From Minisyncoccota bacterium (GTDB lineage Bacteria > Patescibacteriota > Minisyncoccia > Phycocordibacterales > UBA2100), in contig DATDWX010000027.1 of assembly GCA_036517335.1 (NCBI GenBank), forward strand, positions 24,192 through 88,191: a stretch of DNA of 64,000 nt, in the 5' to 3' direction. The translations under genes were made by a program, and so were the position numbers. The notes beneath the pieces are model-generated. The model made no database searches, was not told the origin of the DNA, and saw only the letters and a program-made list of their open reading frames with translations. Below are positions 53,630 to 63,200 of the stretch, in pieces. The number at the start of each line of letters is the position of its first letter. The stretch's first letter is position 1.

Positions 53630-55909
53630 ATGAAATTTCTTGAGCAGACATTGCGCTCTATCGTCTTGTGTGGCGTTTTTGCCCTCCCAGTGGTCGCGCT
53701 TATCGTCGCCAACGAGCTTTTCTTCCCTTACATTACGGGCAAAAATTTTGCCTTCCGGATCATTGTCGAGATCATCACGGGCGCGTGGCTCGCCCTTGCG
53801 CTCGTCGTACCGAAGTGGCGCCCACGGCGCAGCTGGATTTTGGCGAGCTTTGCACTCTTTATATTCATAATGGCGCTGGCGGATGCGCTGGGCGCGTACC
53901 CGTTTAAGAGTTTTTGGAGCAACTACGAACGCATGGACGGCTTCATAACGATCGCGCATACGTTTGTGTACCTCGTGGTTCTGACCGCCGTGATGCAAAG
54001 CGAAAATCTTTGGCGCCGTTTGTTCCAATGGTCGCTCGTGGTTTCGGTATTTTTGAGCGTGCTCGGATTGCTGCAAGTAGCAGGTGTGCTCGCGCTTGGC
54101 TCCGGCGGCACGGGGCTCACGGGTCGTGTTGATGCGACGTTCGGCAATCCAATCTATTTTGCCGCCTACATGCTCTTCCATGTCTTCATCGGTATTCTGC
54201 TTTGGTATCAGATGTGGCAAGTACGCGGCAAAGGAAATAGACTCACCCCCTCTATATTTTACGGTTTTGTGATCGCGCTTGATACTGTGGCGCTCCTCCT
54301 CACCGGCACACGCGGCACGATGCTCGGCCTCATCGGCGGCGCATTTCTCACGCTCGTACTGCTCTCGATTGTCCCCGAGGCGCGTCGCTTGCGGCAGGTG
54401 ACTGCGATCGCTCTTGTAGCCCTGATCATCGGAGGCGGGGTGTTGTGGTCTGTGCGTGAAAGCGCGTTCATTCAGCGCATCGCTTTTTTGAACCGTCTCG
54501 CCTCGATCTCTCTGACTGACAACACGACGAAAGCACGCTTTTTCAACATGGGTATGGCTTGGCAGGGGGTAAAGGAGCGACCGCTCCTCGGCTGGGGGCA
54601 GGAGAACTACGCGGTCGTTTTCGACAAGTATTACGATCCACGAATGTACGGGCAAGAGCAGTGGTTTGATCGTGTGCACAATATCATCTTTGACTGGTGG
54701 GTTGCAGGAGGTTTTCTCGGACTTCTCGCCTACATCTCTATCTTTGTCGCAGCACTCTGGGCACTGTGGCGACCGAGCGTCGAGCGAGGAAGTACTGAAG
54801 CAAGCATGCTGAATGTGCGCAGAAGTCCTTCGGGTGTGGCGACCTTCACACACCCCGAGCGTAGCATTTTGACCGGACTGCTCGCCGCCTACACGGTGCA
54901 CAACATGACCGTCTTCGACAATGTGACGAGCTACATCCTCTTCGGAACGATTTTGGGCTACATTGCATACCGCGAGGCAGTGGCGCAAAGCGCGCACTCG
55001 ATTTTTGAGAAAGAATTTTTACCACGCGGCGCGCTCTCGATCGTGGCTGCCCTCGCAGCACTCGTCGTGTGGGGAGCAGCGTGGAGTATCAATACACACG
55101 CCTTCGCGGAGAACGAAAAAATCCTTGCCGCGTTGCAGCAGCGATCAGGTGGTCCCGCACAGAATCTCGCACTTTTCAAAGAGGCCATTAGCTACGGTAC
55201 CTATGGCGATCAAGAGGCACGTGAGCAACTCGCGCAGGTAGCAGCGCAGATCGCGGGAGCAGATGTGCCCGCCGACCTCAAAGCGCAATTTCGGGAGACC
55301 GCGGTACACGAACTTGATCTTCAGGCCGCGCAATCGCCCCTCGACGCACGCTTCCCGCTCTTTGCCGCGATGGTGCTTGGCGCGCACGGTGATTACGCCG
55401 CTGCAGCGACAAAATTGGAGCGCGCTCACGAGCTTTCGCCAAAGAAGCAAACGATACTGTTTGAGTTGGCCCAAAATGCAGGGCTGCGCGGCGATGTAAA
55501 CGCATCTCTCCAATATTTCAAGACGGCCTTTGAGCTCGAACCCGAGTATCTAAACGCGCGCATCTACTATGCCTCGGCATTGATCCGTGCGGGCAAAGAT
55601 GCCGACGCAGACGCCGTGCTTGCACCCATCATCCCCACGGGGGAGGCGGCGGACACACACATCACCGGCGCGTACGTTGCTCGCAAACAATTTGGTAAAC
55701 TGATCCCCATCTGGCAGGCGCGCATCGCCGTGTCTCCATCCGACGCGCAGGCGTATTTCACCCTAGCCGCTGCCTACTTCGAGTCTGGTGATACTGCGCA
55801 TGCGATTGCGACACTGGAGAAAGCAGGATCCCTCGACCCGGCCGTGAAAGAGCAGGCAGACAAGTATATTTTGGATATTCGGAGCGGGGTACTTAAGCCG
55901 GGGCAGTAA
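53630..55909 (+). CDS. O-antigen ligase / O-oligosaccharyltransferase family protein with C-terminal TPRs
   Basis: ATFGNPIYFAAY, TGTRG, RPLLGWGQEN, DRVHN, GFLGL, about 12 TM segments and TPR-like repeats. Confidence 0.87.
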   Translation: MKFLEQTLRSIVLCGVFALPVVALIVANELFFPYITGKNFAFRIIVEIITGAWLALALVVPKWRPRRSWILASFALFIFIMALADALGAYPFKSFWSNYERMDGFITIAHTFVYLVVLTAVMQSENLWRRLFQWSLVVSVFLSVLGLLQVAGVLALGSGGTGLTGRVDATFGNPIYFAAYMLFHVFIGILLWYQMWQVRGKGNRLTPSIFYGFVIALDTVALLLTGTRGTMLGLIGGAFLTLVLLSIVPEARRLRQVTAIALVALIIGGGVLWSVRESAFIQRIAFLNRLASISLTDNTTKARFFNMGMAWQGVKERPLLGWGQENYAVVFDKYYDPRMYGQEQWFDRVHNIIFDWWVAGGFLGLLAYISIFVAALWALWRPSVERGSTEASMLNVRRSPSGVATFTHPERSILTGLLAAYTVHNMTVFDNVTSYILFGTILGYIAYREAVAQSAHSIFEKEFLPRGALSIVAALAALVVWGAAWSINTHAFAENEKILAALQQRSGGPAQNLALFKEAISYGTYGDQEAREQLAQVAAQIAGADVPADLKAQFRETAVHELDLQAAQSPLDARFPLFAAMVLGAHGDYAAAATKLERAHELSPKKQTILFELAQNAGLRGDVNASLQYFKTAFELEPEYLNARIYYASALIRAGKDADADAVLAPIIPTGEAADTHITGAYVARKQFGKLIPIWQARIAVSPSDAQAYFTLAAAYFESGDTAHAIATLEKAGSLDPAVKEQADKYILDIRSGVLKPGQ
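54769..54840 (+). repeat. Dispersed repeat family B, copy translated inside the ligase gene
   Basis: GACCGAGCGTCGAGCGAGGAAGTACTGA...TGAATGTGCG...CCTTCGG; encodes RPSVERGSTEASMLNVRRSPSG. Confidence 0.72.
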
Positions 55910-55920
55910 ACGTCCCTGTC

Positions 55921-56124
55921 AAAAAAGGCGCAATGCGGAGGACGGGTGCGAGCTCCAAAGTGAAAGTCATTGTGAGTGCCGCCGCCCTCCGCGCTGCGCC
56001 CTTCGTAGTCTCGACGAAGTAGGGCTGCGCCCTGCAGTCCAGAGTAGCATACAAACTGAGTGCCGCCCGTAAGGGCGGCACTTCAGCGACTTTCTTCGAG
56101 AGCCACACATTAGTGACACTCACA
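55921..56124 (-). ncRNA. Candidate structured small RNA (~200 nt), family unknown
   Basis: Minus-strand TTGCGT-16-TATAAT immediately upstream, multiple stems and a terminal hairpin followed by T6. Confidence 0.45.
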
Positions 56125-56359
56125 CTAAGATTATAAACCCCGTGCGTTTCTACGCAAGCGTGCGTCGTGTATGGGTGCAAGAAAAATAAAATCAATGGTT
56201 AAAAAATAATTTCAAAATAAAAGATTGCGCGCGAAGAAAAGTTATCCCCATATTCAATGTCGATTCACACAATTCTAGCGCAGCGATGCAATAATTATGA
56301 AAACGCATCACTGACTTGTGCGTGCGGGTCGAGATTACCACCAACAATTTTTTTATCGT

Positions 56360-56404
56360 ATGGCAAAAAAGAAAAAGGCGAAGAAGGCAAAAAAGCGCCG
56401 CTAG
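56360..56404 (+). CDS. 14-aa lysine-rich micro-peptide MAKKKKAKKAKKRR
   Basis: Manual translation; isolated ORF with an AT-rich leader and downstream hairpins/terminator. Confidence 0.55.
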   Translation: MAKKKKAKKAKKRR

Positions 56405-56432
56405 TGGTTTTTCCGACTCGGAAAACGAAATG

Positions 56433-56458
56433 ATCCCCCATGAGGGGGATTGTTTCTT
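56433..56458 (+). terminator. Probable intrinsic terminator
   Basis: ATCCCCC-ATGA-GGGGGAT followed by TGTTTCTT. Confidence 0.6.
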
Positions 56459-56496
56459 AGCACACATCTGAATAACATCGATGGTATGATGGGATC

Positions 56497-57654
56497 ATGC
56501 CAGTGCAAGGGAGCGATCCAGCACCACATAGCCGAGACATACTTATTGGCAGCACATCTATAGTGGTTCTACTTTTCGTGCTCATCGGAGGCCTATTCCT
56601 TTTGAGAGGAACAACGTTCGTGATAGATGAGCCCGCGCCACCAGCAGAAGATGTATACGAAGCGGCGCTGAACACAGGAGAAGACCTGCGCCCTGATTCG
56701 AACACCCTACAGGTCAGTGCCGACCTAAACTCGAAGCTCGTAAGACAAGAGACGGTCAGACTCCATTGGGGAGATGTAGAAAGGATCAGTTGGTATCAAC
56801 TCGAACGATTGATGGAAGGGAAATTCAAGGATAAGAATCTCACACTCATCATTTTTCATACCCAAGAAGCTTCTATGTTTGTTATTACGGATGACACAGA
56901 AAAAATCGTCGCCTGGGATAAGTCAATGATATTCAACTGCGCGGTAATGGGGGAGTGCGTCTATGAAGATCCAGCAGTTGAAAAGGTACTTGACCTGTCG
57001 AATGCTGAGGAAATGGTCATTACCGATGTTCCGCCTGAATTGCACTTTTGGAAATATTTTCAGTCGCGAGAAAATAAAGCGGACTTTATAACGCTAAGCA
57101 TCTACTACTCTTTAGATGAGTTTCCAACGTTAACAACGAAAATTGACACATCGCCGAGTGGTTTTGGTATTTTTCGGATCCCCTCTGAGATATCAGCTGG
57201 CCACTTCATGGAAGGTAATGGGTATGTAGTCTACCTGCCATTTGGTGCAATTGGAGATTTGCATTTAAATCCATATTTTATATCAAAGAAATATCCATAC
57301 CCATTGAGTATTTCCTGGTTGACAGGAAGCTCCACCGTAGCTTCATACTTGGACCTCGACCAACAGTATTTTGCTTGCGGCAAAGTGACATTCTCACAAA
57401 TCAAAGCATTTCTTGTGAAAACTGGCGAGACGCAATCCGGAGATCCGCTTTATGAAGTGAGTCCATCGCAGAGGGATTTTTATCAATGCCTGTACAAACA
57501 CGCCACTTCATATGCGTCGTGGAACCGTAGCGCGGCATATACCTACGATGAGCTATTGCAGATTCATCCCGTCTTTTTCTGGCAAAATCGCTATGGAGAT
57601 TGGTCCGGATTTGGCAGGGATGACGTGATTTCTTCTACTCTCGGTCATGACTAA
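56497..57654 (+). CDS. Hypothetical membrane-anchored protein, lower GC than flanks
   Basis: One N-terminal TM helix; 385-aa ORF preceded by TGGTATGAT. Confidence 0.65.
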   Translation: MPVQGSDPAPHSRDILIGSTSIVVLLFVLIGGLFLLRGTTFVIDEPAPPAEDVYEAALNTGEDLRPDSNTLQVSADLNSKLVRQETVRLHWGDVERISWYQLERLMEGKFKDKNLTLIIFHTQEASMFVITDDTEKIVAWDKSMIFNCAVMGECVYEDPAVEKVLDLSNAEEMVITDVPPELHFWKYFQSRENKADFITLSIYYSLDEFPTLTTKIDTSPSGFGIFRIPSEISAGHFMEGNGYVVYLPFGAIGDLHLNPYFISKKYPYPLSISWLTGSSTVASYLDLDQQYFACGKVTFSQIKAFLVKTGETQSGDPLYEVSPSQRDFYQCLYKHATSYASWNRSAAYTYDELLQIHPVFFWQNRYGDWSGFGRDDVISSTLGHD

Positions 57655-57706
57655 CTCCTCAGAGTTTTTATCGCAAAGAGGGGCAATTTAGGGTAGGATT
57701 GGCGGA

Positions 57707-60202
57707 ATGAGTTTCTGGAGCGGACTTTTTGGGAACGATAATAGTGGTGCCTTGAAGCGGGCGGAGCCTATTATTGCTGCCACAAATGTGCTTGGGGAGG
57801 AGATGCGCGCGCTGTCCGATGAAGCGCTGAAGGCAAAGACTGCTGATTTTAAAGCGCGGTTAGCGACCGGAGAAGGGCTGGACGCGCTCGCACCGGAGGC
57901 CTTCGCTGCCGTACGCGAAGCCTCGCGCCGTACGCTCGGGCAGCGGCACTTCGACGTACAACTCCTTGGCGGCCTCGTGCTTCACCAAGGCAATATCGCC
58001 GAGATGCGCACCGGTGAGGGGAAAACGCTCGTCGCCACCCTCCCGGCATACCTCAACGCGCTCACTGGCGAGGGTGTACACGTGGTGACGGTCAACGACT
58101 ACCTCTCGCGCCGCGATGCGGTGTGGATGGGGCAGATCTACCACGCGCTCGGTATGAGCGTGGGCGTATTGAATCACGAGTCGTCATTTCTTTACGATCC
58201 TTCGCACGTCTCTACCGAATCCCTGGCGCAGGAGGAAGCTTCGGTGGACATCACGGGAAGTTTCAAGGTGATGCACGATTTCTTGCGGCCAGTTTCGCGC
58301 TCTGAAGCCTACGCCGCCGACATTACGTATGGCACCAACAACGAGTTCGGTTTCGACTACCTTCGCGACAATCTAGAATACGAAAGCTCCAGTCTTCGCC
58401 AAGCCCGCGGGTATCATTTTGCTATCGTAGACGAGATCGACTCTATTTTGATAGATGAGGCACGAACGCCTCTCATTATCTCTGCGCCGGTTTCCGACGC
58501 GGGGGCGCTCTACGGCCAATTCGTGCAGATCGCAAACACACTTACGCCAGAAGAGGACTACACGGTTGATGAGAAGCATAAGCAAATATCCCTGACAGAT
58601 GCGGGCATCGAAAAAGCGGAAAAAGCGCTTGGAGTGGAAAATATTTACACCGATGCCGGTATCAAATACGTCCATCATCTCGAAACGGCTGTGCGCGCCA
58701 AGGCGCTCTATGAGCGCGATAAGGCATATGTAGTACGTGACGGGCAGGTGGTGATCGTGGATGAGTTTACCGGTCGCATGCAACCGGGGAGGCGCTGGAG
58801 TGAAGGCCTGCATCAGGCGATCGAGGCCAAAGAAGGTGTAGCCGTGCAGCAGGAATCGCGCACGTTTGCTTCGATTACATTTCAAAATTACTTTCGCCTC
58901 TATGGCAAGCTCGCTGGTATGACGGGCACCGCGGCCACCTCATCGGAAGAGTTTTACAAAGTGTATGGTCTTAATACCGTCATCATTCCCACCAACAAGT
59001 CCCAGGCGCGTGCCGATCGAGATGATCTGATATTTCAGACAGAAGATGGAAAAATGCGCGCTATCGCGAGGAGAGTGAAGGAACTTCACGACAAAGGGCA
59101 ACCAGCACTCGTTGGTACTGCATCAGTTGAGCGCAACGAACTTCTCTCGTCGTACTTTAGACAAGAGGGGATTCCGCATGAAATATTGAATGCCAAGAAT
59201 CACGAACGAGAAGGGGAGATCATCGCACAGGCAGGTCGCAAGAGTGCAGTCACGATCGCGACCAATATGGCAGGCCGTGGCGTCGATATTAAGCTCGGTG
59301 GCAATCCTGGGAGCGATGCGGAGTATGAGGAAGTAAAGAAATTTGGCGGCCTCTTCGTGCTCGGGACGGAGCGGCATGAGGCACGTCGCATAGACAACCA
59401 GCTTCGTGGCCGCTCCGGCCGCCAGGGCGATCCCGGGGAGACGCAATTCTTCGTGTCGCTGGAAGATTCACTCATGCGCGTCTTTGCATCCGACGTCATC
59501 AAGCGCGTGATGGGCACGTTCAAGATCCCAGAAGACGAGCCCATTCACAATTCGATGATCACGCGTGCTCTTGAAAAGGCACAAACTCGCATTGAGGAAT
59601 TAAATTTCGATGCGCGCAAACACGTACTTTCGTACGATGATGTGTTGAACATCCAGCGTCAGAGTATCTATAGTCGACGGCGAACGTTGCTAACGGGTGG
59701 TACTGCCGATATTGACGCCGAGCTTGATCGGATTTTCGCGGAGAAGGGAATAATGGGCGAAATGGGGGAAAGGGGAGAGCAATTCTATGCCGCGACACGT
59801 CGATTTCTTCTGCAAACGATTGATTCACTCTGGGTCGAGCATCTTGAGGCGATGGAATATTTAAGGAGCAGCGTGAATTTGCGTGCGTATGGCCAACGCG
59901 ATCCATTGGTCGAATACAAAAAAGAAGGCCTCAAGTTGTTCCAAGGAATGGAGGAGACATATAAGCTGCATGTGGTGCAAATGCTCCCCAATGTCCTCTC
60001 GGGGGGTATCTCCATGCCACAGGAGAATAGGGTTATCAACAAGGCCGTACAAGTCATCACCGCCGTGAACTCGCCAGCCGCGAAAAGGGAATATGGGCGA
60101 AATGACCGAGTGCGAATTACCAACGGGATCGAGGAGCAGGAGATGAAATACAAAAAAGCCGAATCACTCCTCAAGAGTGGACAATGGCGCATTGTCGTTT
60201 AG
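57707..60202 (+). CDS. secA: Preprotein translocase ATPase SecA
   Basis: AEMRTGEGKT, VTVNDYL, GFDYLRDN, DEARTPLIIS, ATNMAGRGVDI, RRIDNQLRGRSGRQGDPG. Confidence 0.97.
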   Translation: MSFWSGLFGNDNSGALKRAEPIIAATNVLGEEMRALSDEALKAKTADFKARLATGEGLDALAPEAFAAVREASRRTLGQRHFDVQLLGGLVLHQGNIAEMRTGEGKTLVATLPAYLNALTGEGVHVVTVNDYLSRRDAVWMGQIYHALGMSVGVLNHESSFLYDPSHVSTESLAQEEASVDITGSFKVMHDFLRPVSRSEAYAADITYGTNNEFGFDYLRDNLEYESSSLRQARGYHFAIVDEIDSILIDEARTPLIISAPVSDAGALYGQFVQIANTLTPEEDYTVDEKHKQISLTDAGIEKAEKALGVENIYTDAGIKYVHHLETAVRAKALYERDKAYVVRDGQVVIVDEFTGRMQPGRRWSEGLHQAIEAKEGVAVQQESRTFASITFQNYFRLYGKLAGMTGTAATSSEEFYKVYGLNTVIIPTNKSQARADRDDLIFQTEDGKMRAIARRVKELHDKGQPALVGTASVERNELLSSYFRQEGIPHEILNAKNHEREGEIIAQAGRKSAVTIATNMAGRGVDIKLGGNPGSDAEYEEVKKFGGLFVLGTERHEARRIDNQLRGRSGRQGDPGETQFFVSLEDSLMRVFASDVIKRVMGTFKIPEDEPIHNSMITRALEKAQTRIEELNFDARKHVLSYDDVLNIQRQSIYSRRRTLLTGGTADIDAELDRIFAEKGIMGEMGERGEQFYAATRRFLLQTIDSLWVEHLEAMEYLRSSVNLRAYGQRDPLVEYKKEGLKLFQGMEETYKLHVVQMLPNVLSGGISMPQENRVINKAVQVITAVNSPAAKREYGRNDRVRITNGIEEQEMKYKKAESLLKSGQWRIVV

Positions 60203-63200
60203 AGGATCCGCTGTTGTACTCGTACTCGTGCTATCCTCTGGCGTCGTGGTCGTCTCGGGCTCCGTTGAGCCGCTTGTGGCGGGCGTAGTCGAACTAGTCG
60301 AATCCGTCGTGGTACTCGTGTCCGTCGGTGTGGGATCGAGGGTTGGATCGGTCTGCGGTAAGCTCGTCGAATCCGGTGCCGGGGCGGGGTTTGGGTCTAC
60401 CACTTCCACTGTACGGGTCGTGGTGCCCACATTTCCCGCAGCATCGGTCGCACTGTATTCAATAGTATGTGTGCCTGCCACAGATGTGTCAATCGTTATC
60501 TGGTCGAGCGTGATCGAAGCTCCTCCATCCACCGAAGCGTGGATGCCGAGGTTTTGGTCTATATCGTCGGAAACGCTCGCGCCCAGATCTACATACGAGT
60601 CGCCGACATTAATGGTGGCTGGGTTGTTGCCGTTGACGGAAAGTACCGGTGGGCTGCTTGCACTGTCGCTTGCGGAGCTCGTCACGCTTGTCGGCGTCGT
60701 GGATGCGGAATCGGCGCTGCTCGAGCTGGCAGCCGAGAGCATCGCCTGCAGTTGGGACTTGGTCACGCAGACGTCATCCAAACAGAGTTTTTTGGCAGTA
60801 ATCGTATCAGCGCTGACGTTAACGGCGGTTATATTCTTCGCGAAAAGATCCTCGATGCCATTGGCCGCACTGGCCAACCATTCTGTGATTCGCGAGAAGA
60901 GGCTCTGGATGAAACCTTGCGCGTACAGATCCGCTGTCGAAGTCGCGGAGGTCGAGGTGGCGTCCGTCGTTGTTGCGTTATAACTTAGGGTGTCGGCCAG
61001 GGAGCCGAGGCGCGACGCGATCGCATTCATCATCCCACCGACAAAGTCTAGCGGACCAGCCTGGTTGGTGGACGTGGCGGAAGTCGCGCTGGTGCCAGAT
61101 AGTCCGACAAAGGCATTCGGCCCTAGGAGGACAAACGCGATAGCATTGATATCGGTCCCTTTTTGCAAATTCATAAAGATCATGACCGTCCCTCCGTCTG
61201 CCTGTGGTGAGCCAGTTGAATCCGTCGAACCAGCGTAATTATCTATTGCAATACCCACGGAATCATCGAATGGCCCTGCCTTCTTGCCCACTCCGGGTAC
61301 GCTCGAGACAGCGATCCGATCGCCGATCGCGATCGGCCCGTTCTCCAGGTTGACCTTCACCGGCACACGGCCGGAGAGTGCTATAGGTCGCTCACCTGTC
61401 GCATTTTGATCGCCGAGTACCTGTCCTGGAAGAGTGGAGATGACACCCGCAAGCGGCGCGCCGTCACTTGCGATAGCCAGCTTCATCGAGACGGGGATTC
61501 CCCTGTCAACTGCCACAATATCTCCCGCGCCCATTAGGGGATTGGAAACGGGGAACATTTCCGCATAGTCATTGCCCGCAGCACTCGGGCTCGAGGTCGC
61601 GTAAATAGTGATGACGATGCCGCCGACTGCACCCGCGCCTCCGGCCAATGTGCCAGCCGCACCACCCGCACCACCCGCACCGACGGCAAGTTTACTCGCC
61701 GTAAGAACGGAAGTACTCGCGACGTTTTGCGAATACGCACCACCACCACCAGAGCCTGCAGAATTGCCATTAGCGGCTCTTGGGCCACTACCACCACCGC
61801 CTGGTGATCCCCCTGTGACACCCGCAGTCCCGGGAACGGTCGGCAGTCCAGCGCCGGCACCACCTCTAGGAGAGTCTCCTCCGCCCCGGACAGCGACGCC
61901 GGGGGTGCCGCCCGTTTCGCCCGCCTGACCGTTTAGGTTCACAGAACCTAAGGATGCAGTTCCCCCAGCGCCCCCTGCTCCGACGCCATCACCCAATGTA
62001 CCACCACCACCACCACCTGCCTTAATAAGCGCGCTTGCACACGCGACCGTACCCTGGGCATAACAGCTGGCAGCTCCGGTCGCGCCATTGTTTGTCGCCT
62101 GTGCGCCCCCGCCCCCGCCCCCGCCCCACCCCTCCACCACATAGTACGCGACGTTGCCCTGAAGGGTGAGTGTGCCTGCACTGAAGCTCGGGTTGCTGTT
62201 CCCTGCACCCGTGAACTGCACGGTAGTGGTACCCGCGGTAGATGTCGCATAGATCGCGGAGAGCTTCGTGATGTACCCGATACAGGCGTTGTTGATAGCA
62301 AAGCACCCCTTTGTGATATTTATGCCACCGCTGAATGTCGTCGTAGCCGCAGCGCCAAATGTGATCGCGCCGTTGGGATCGATCGCTATTGCTGCAGTCG
62401 TGGAGGTGGCGGAGTACGAGGAAGTGGCAACATAGAGAGTATTTCCGATATTACGCAGCGTCCATGCATTTGATGACGCAGTGGTATCAACGAGCGCGAG
62501 CTGCGGACCGGTACTTGAAGCGATGGTAAGGGTCCACTTAGGGGTTGTGGTGCCGATGCCGACATTGCCGGAGGAGTCGATAACAAGACGAGTCGCATTT
62601 GTTCCGGCCGTACGATCAGCGATGGCGAACTTGCCGGCTCCGATAGCAGTATTGCCCGATCCTGTACTCAAAATGCTCCAATCACGGCCGTCGTAACTTG
62701 TATTGCCCGTAAAGAGAAGCTGTGGTCCGTTTGTATCTGTGCTTGCGATCACCGCATGGATCGCGTTGCTGTTGTAGCTCACTCCAGCGCTTTGCACGGC
62801 GAATGTCGCGATTGGACTCGTCGTCCCGATGCCGACATTGCCCCCGCTCGTTATGCGGAATTTTTCCGCATCGCTTCCCGCCGAATCTGTTCGTACGACA
62901 AAATCGCCCGTTGTATTGCCGCCGTTGCGGGCGAATCCGATGCCACCAAGACCGAAGCCATCGACGCTGGGGTCAGAGACGTAAAAACGCAGGAGCGGTG
63001 TGAGTCCGTCCGCATTTGCGCCGGTGCTCTTGGCGTAAAGTTCCTGCGAGCGGACGGTACTGTTGGTAATGGTCGTATTGGTCACGAATTGCGCGGCCGT
63101 CACGTCGGTGGCGCTGCTCACGACCAGGGCACGATTCGGCGTCGTCGTGCCGATGCCGACTCTTTTAAGATAGTCAATGCGCATTGCTTCAGATAATGCC

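Noticed and set aside
53552-54997. 481-aa minus-strand ORF and similar long antisense ORFs (e.g. 1084-1731, 42492-43271, 60177-60983)
   Set aside because: Shadow ORFs opposite well-supported genes in GC-rich DNA, with no recognisable motifs.
56180-56300. AT-rich stretch with a DnaA-box-like TTATCCCCA as possible oriC (also TGTTGATAA near 20886)
   Set aside because: Isolated mismatched boxes, no cluster and no dnaA/dnaN nearby. More likely promoter DNA.
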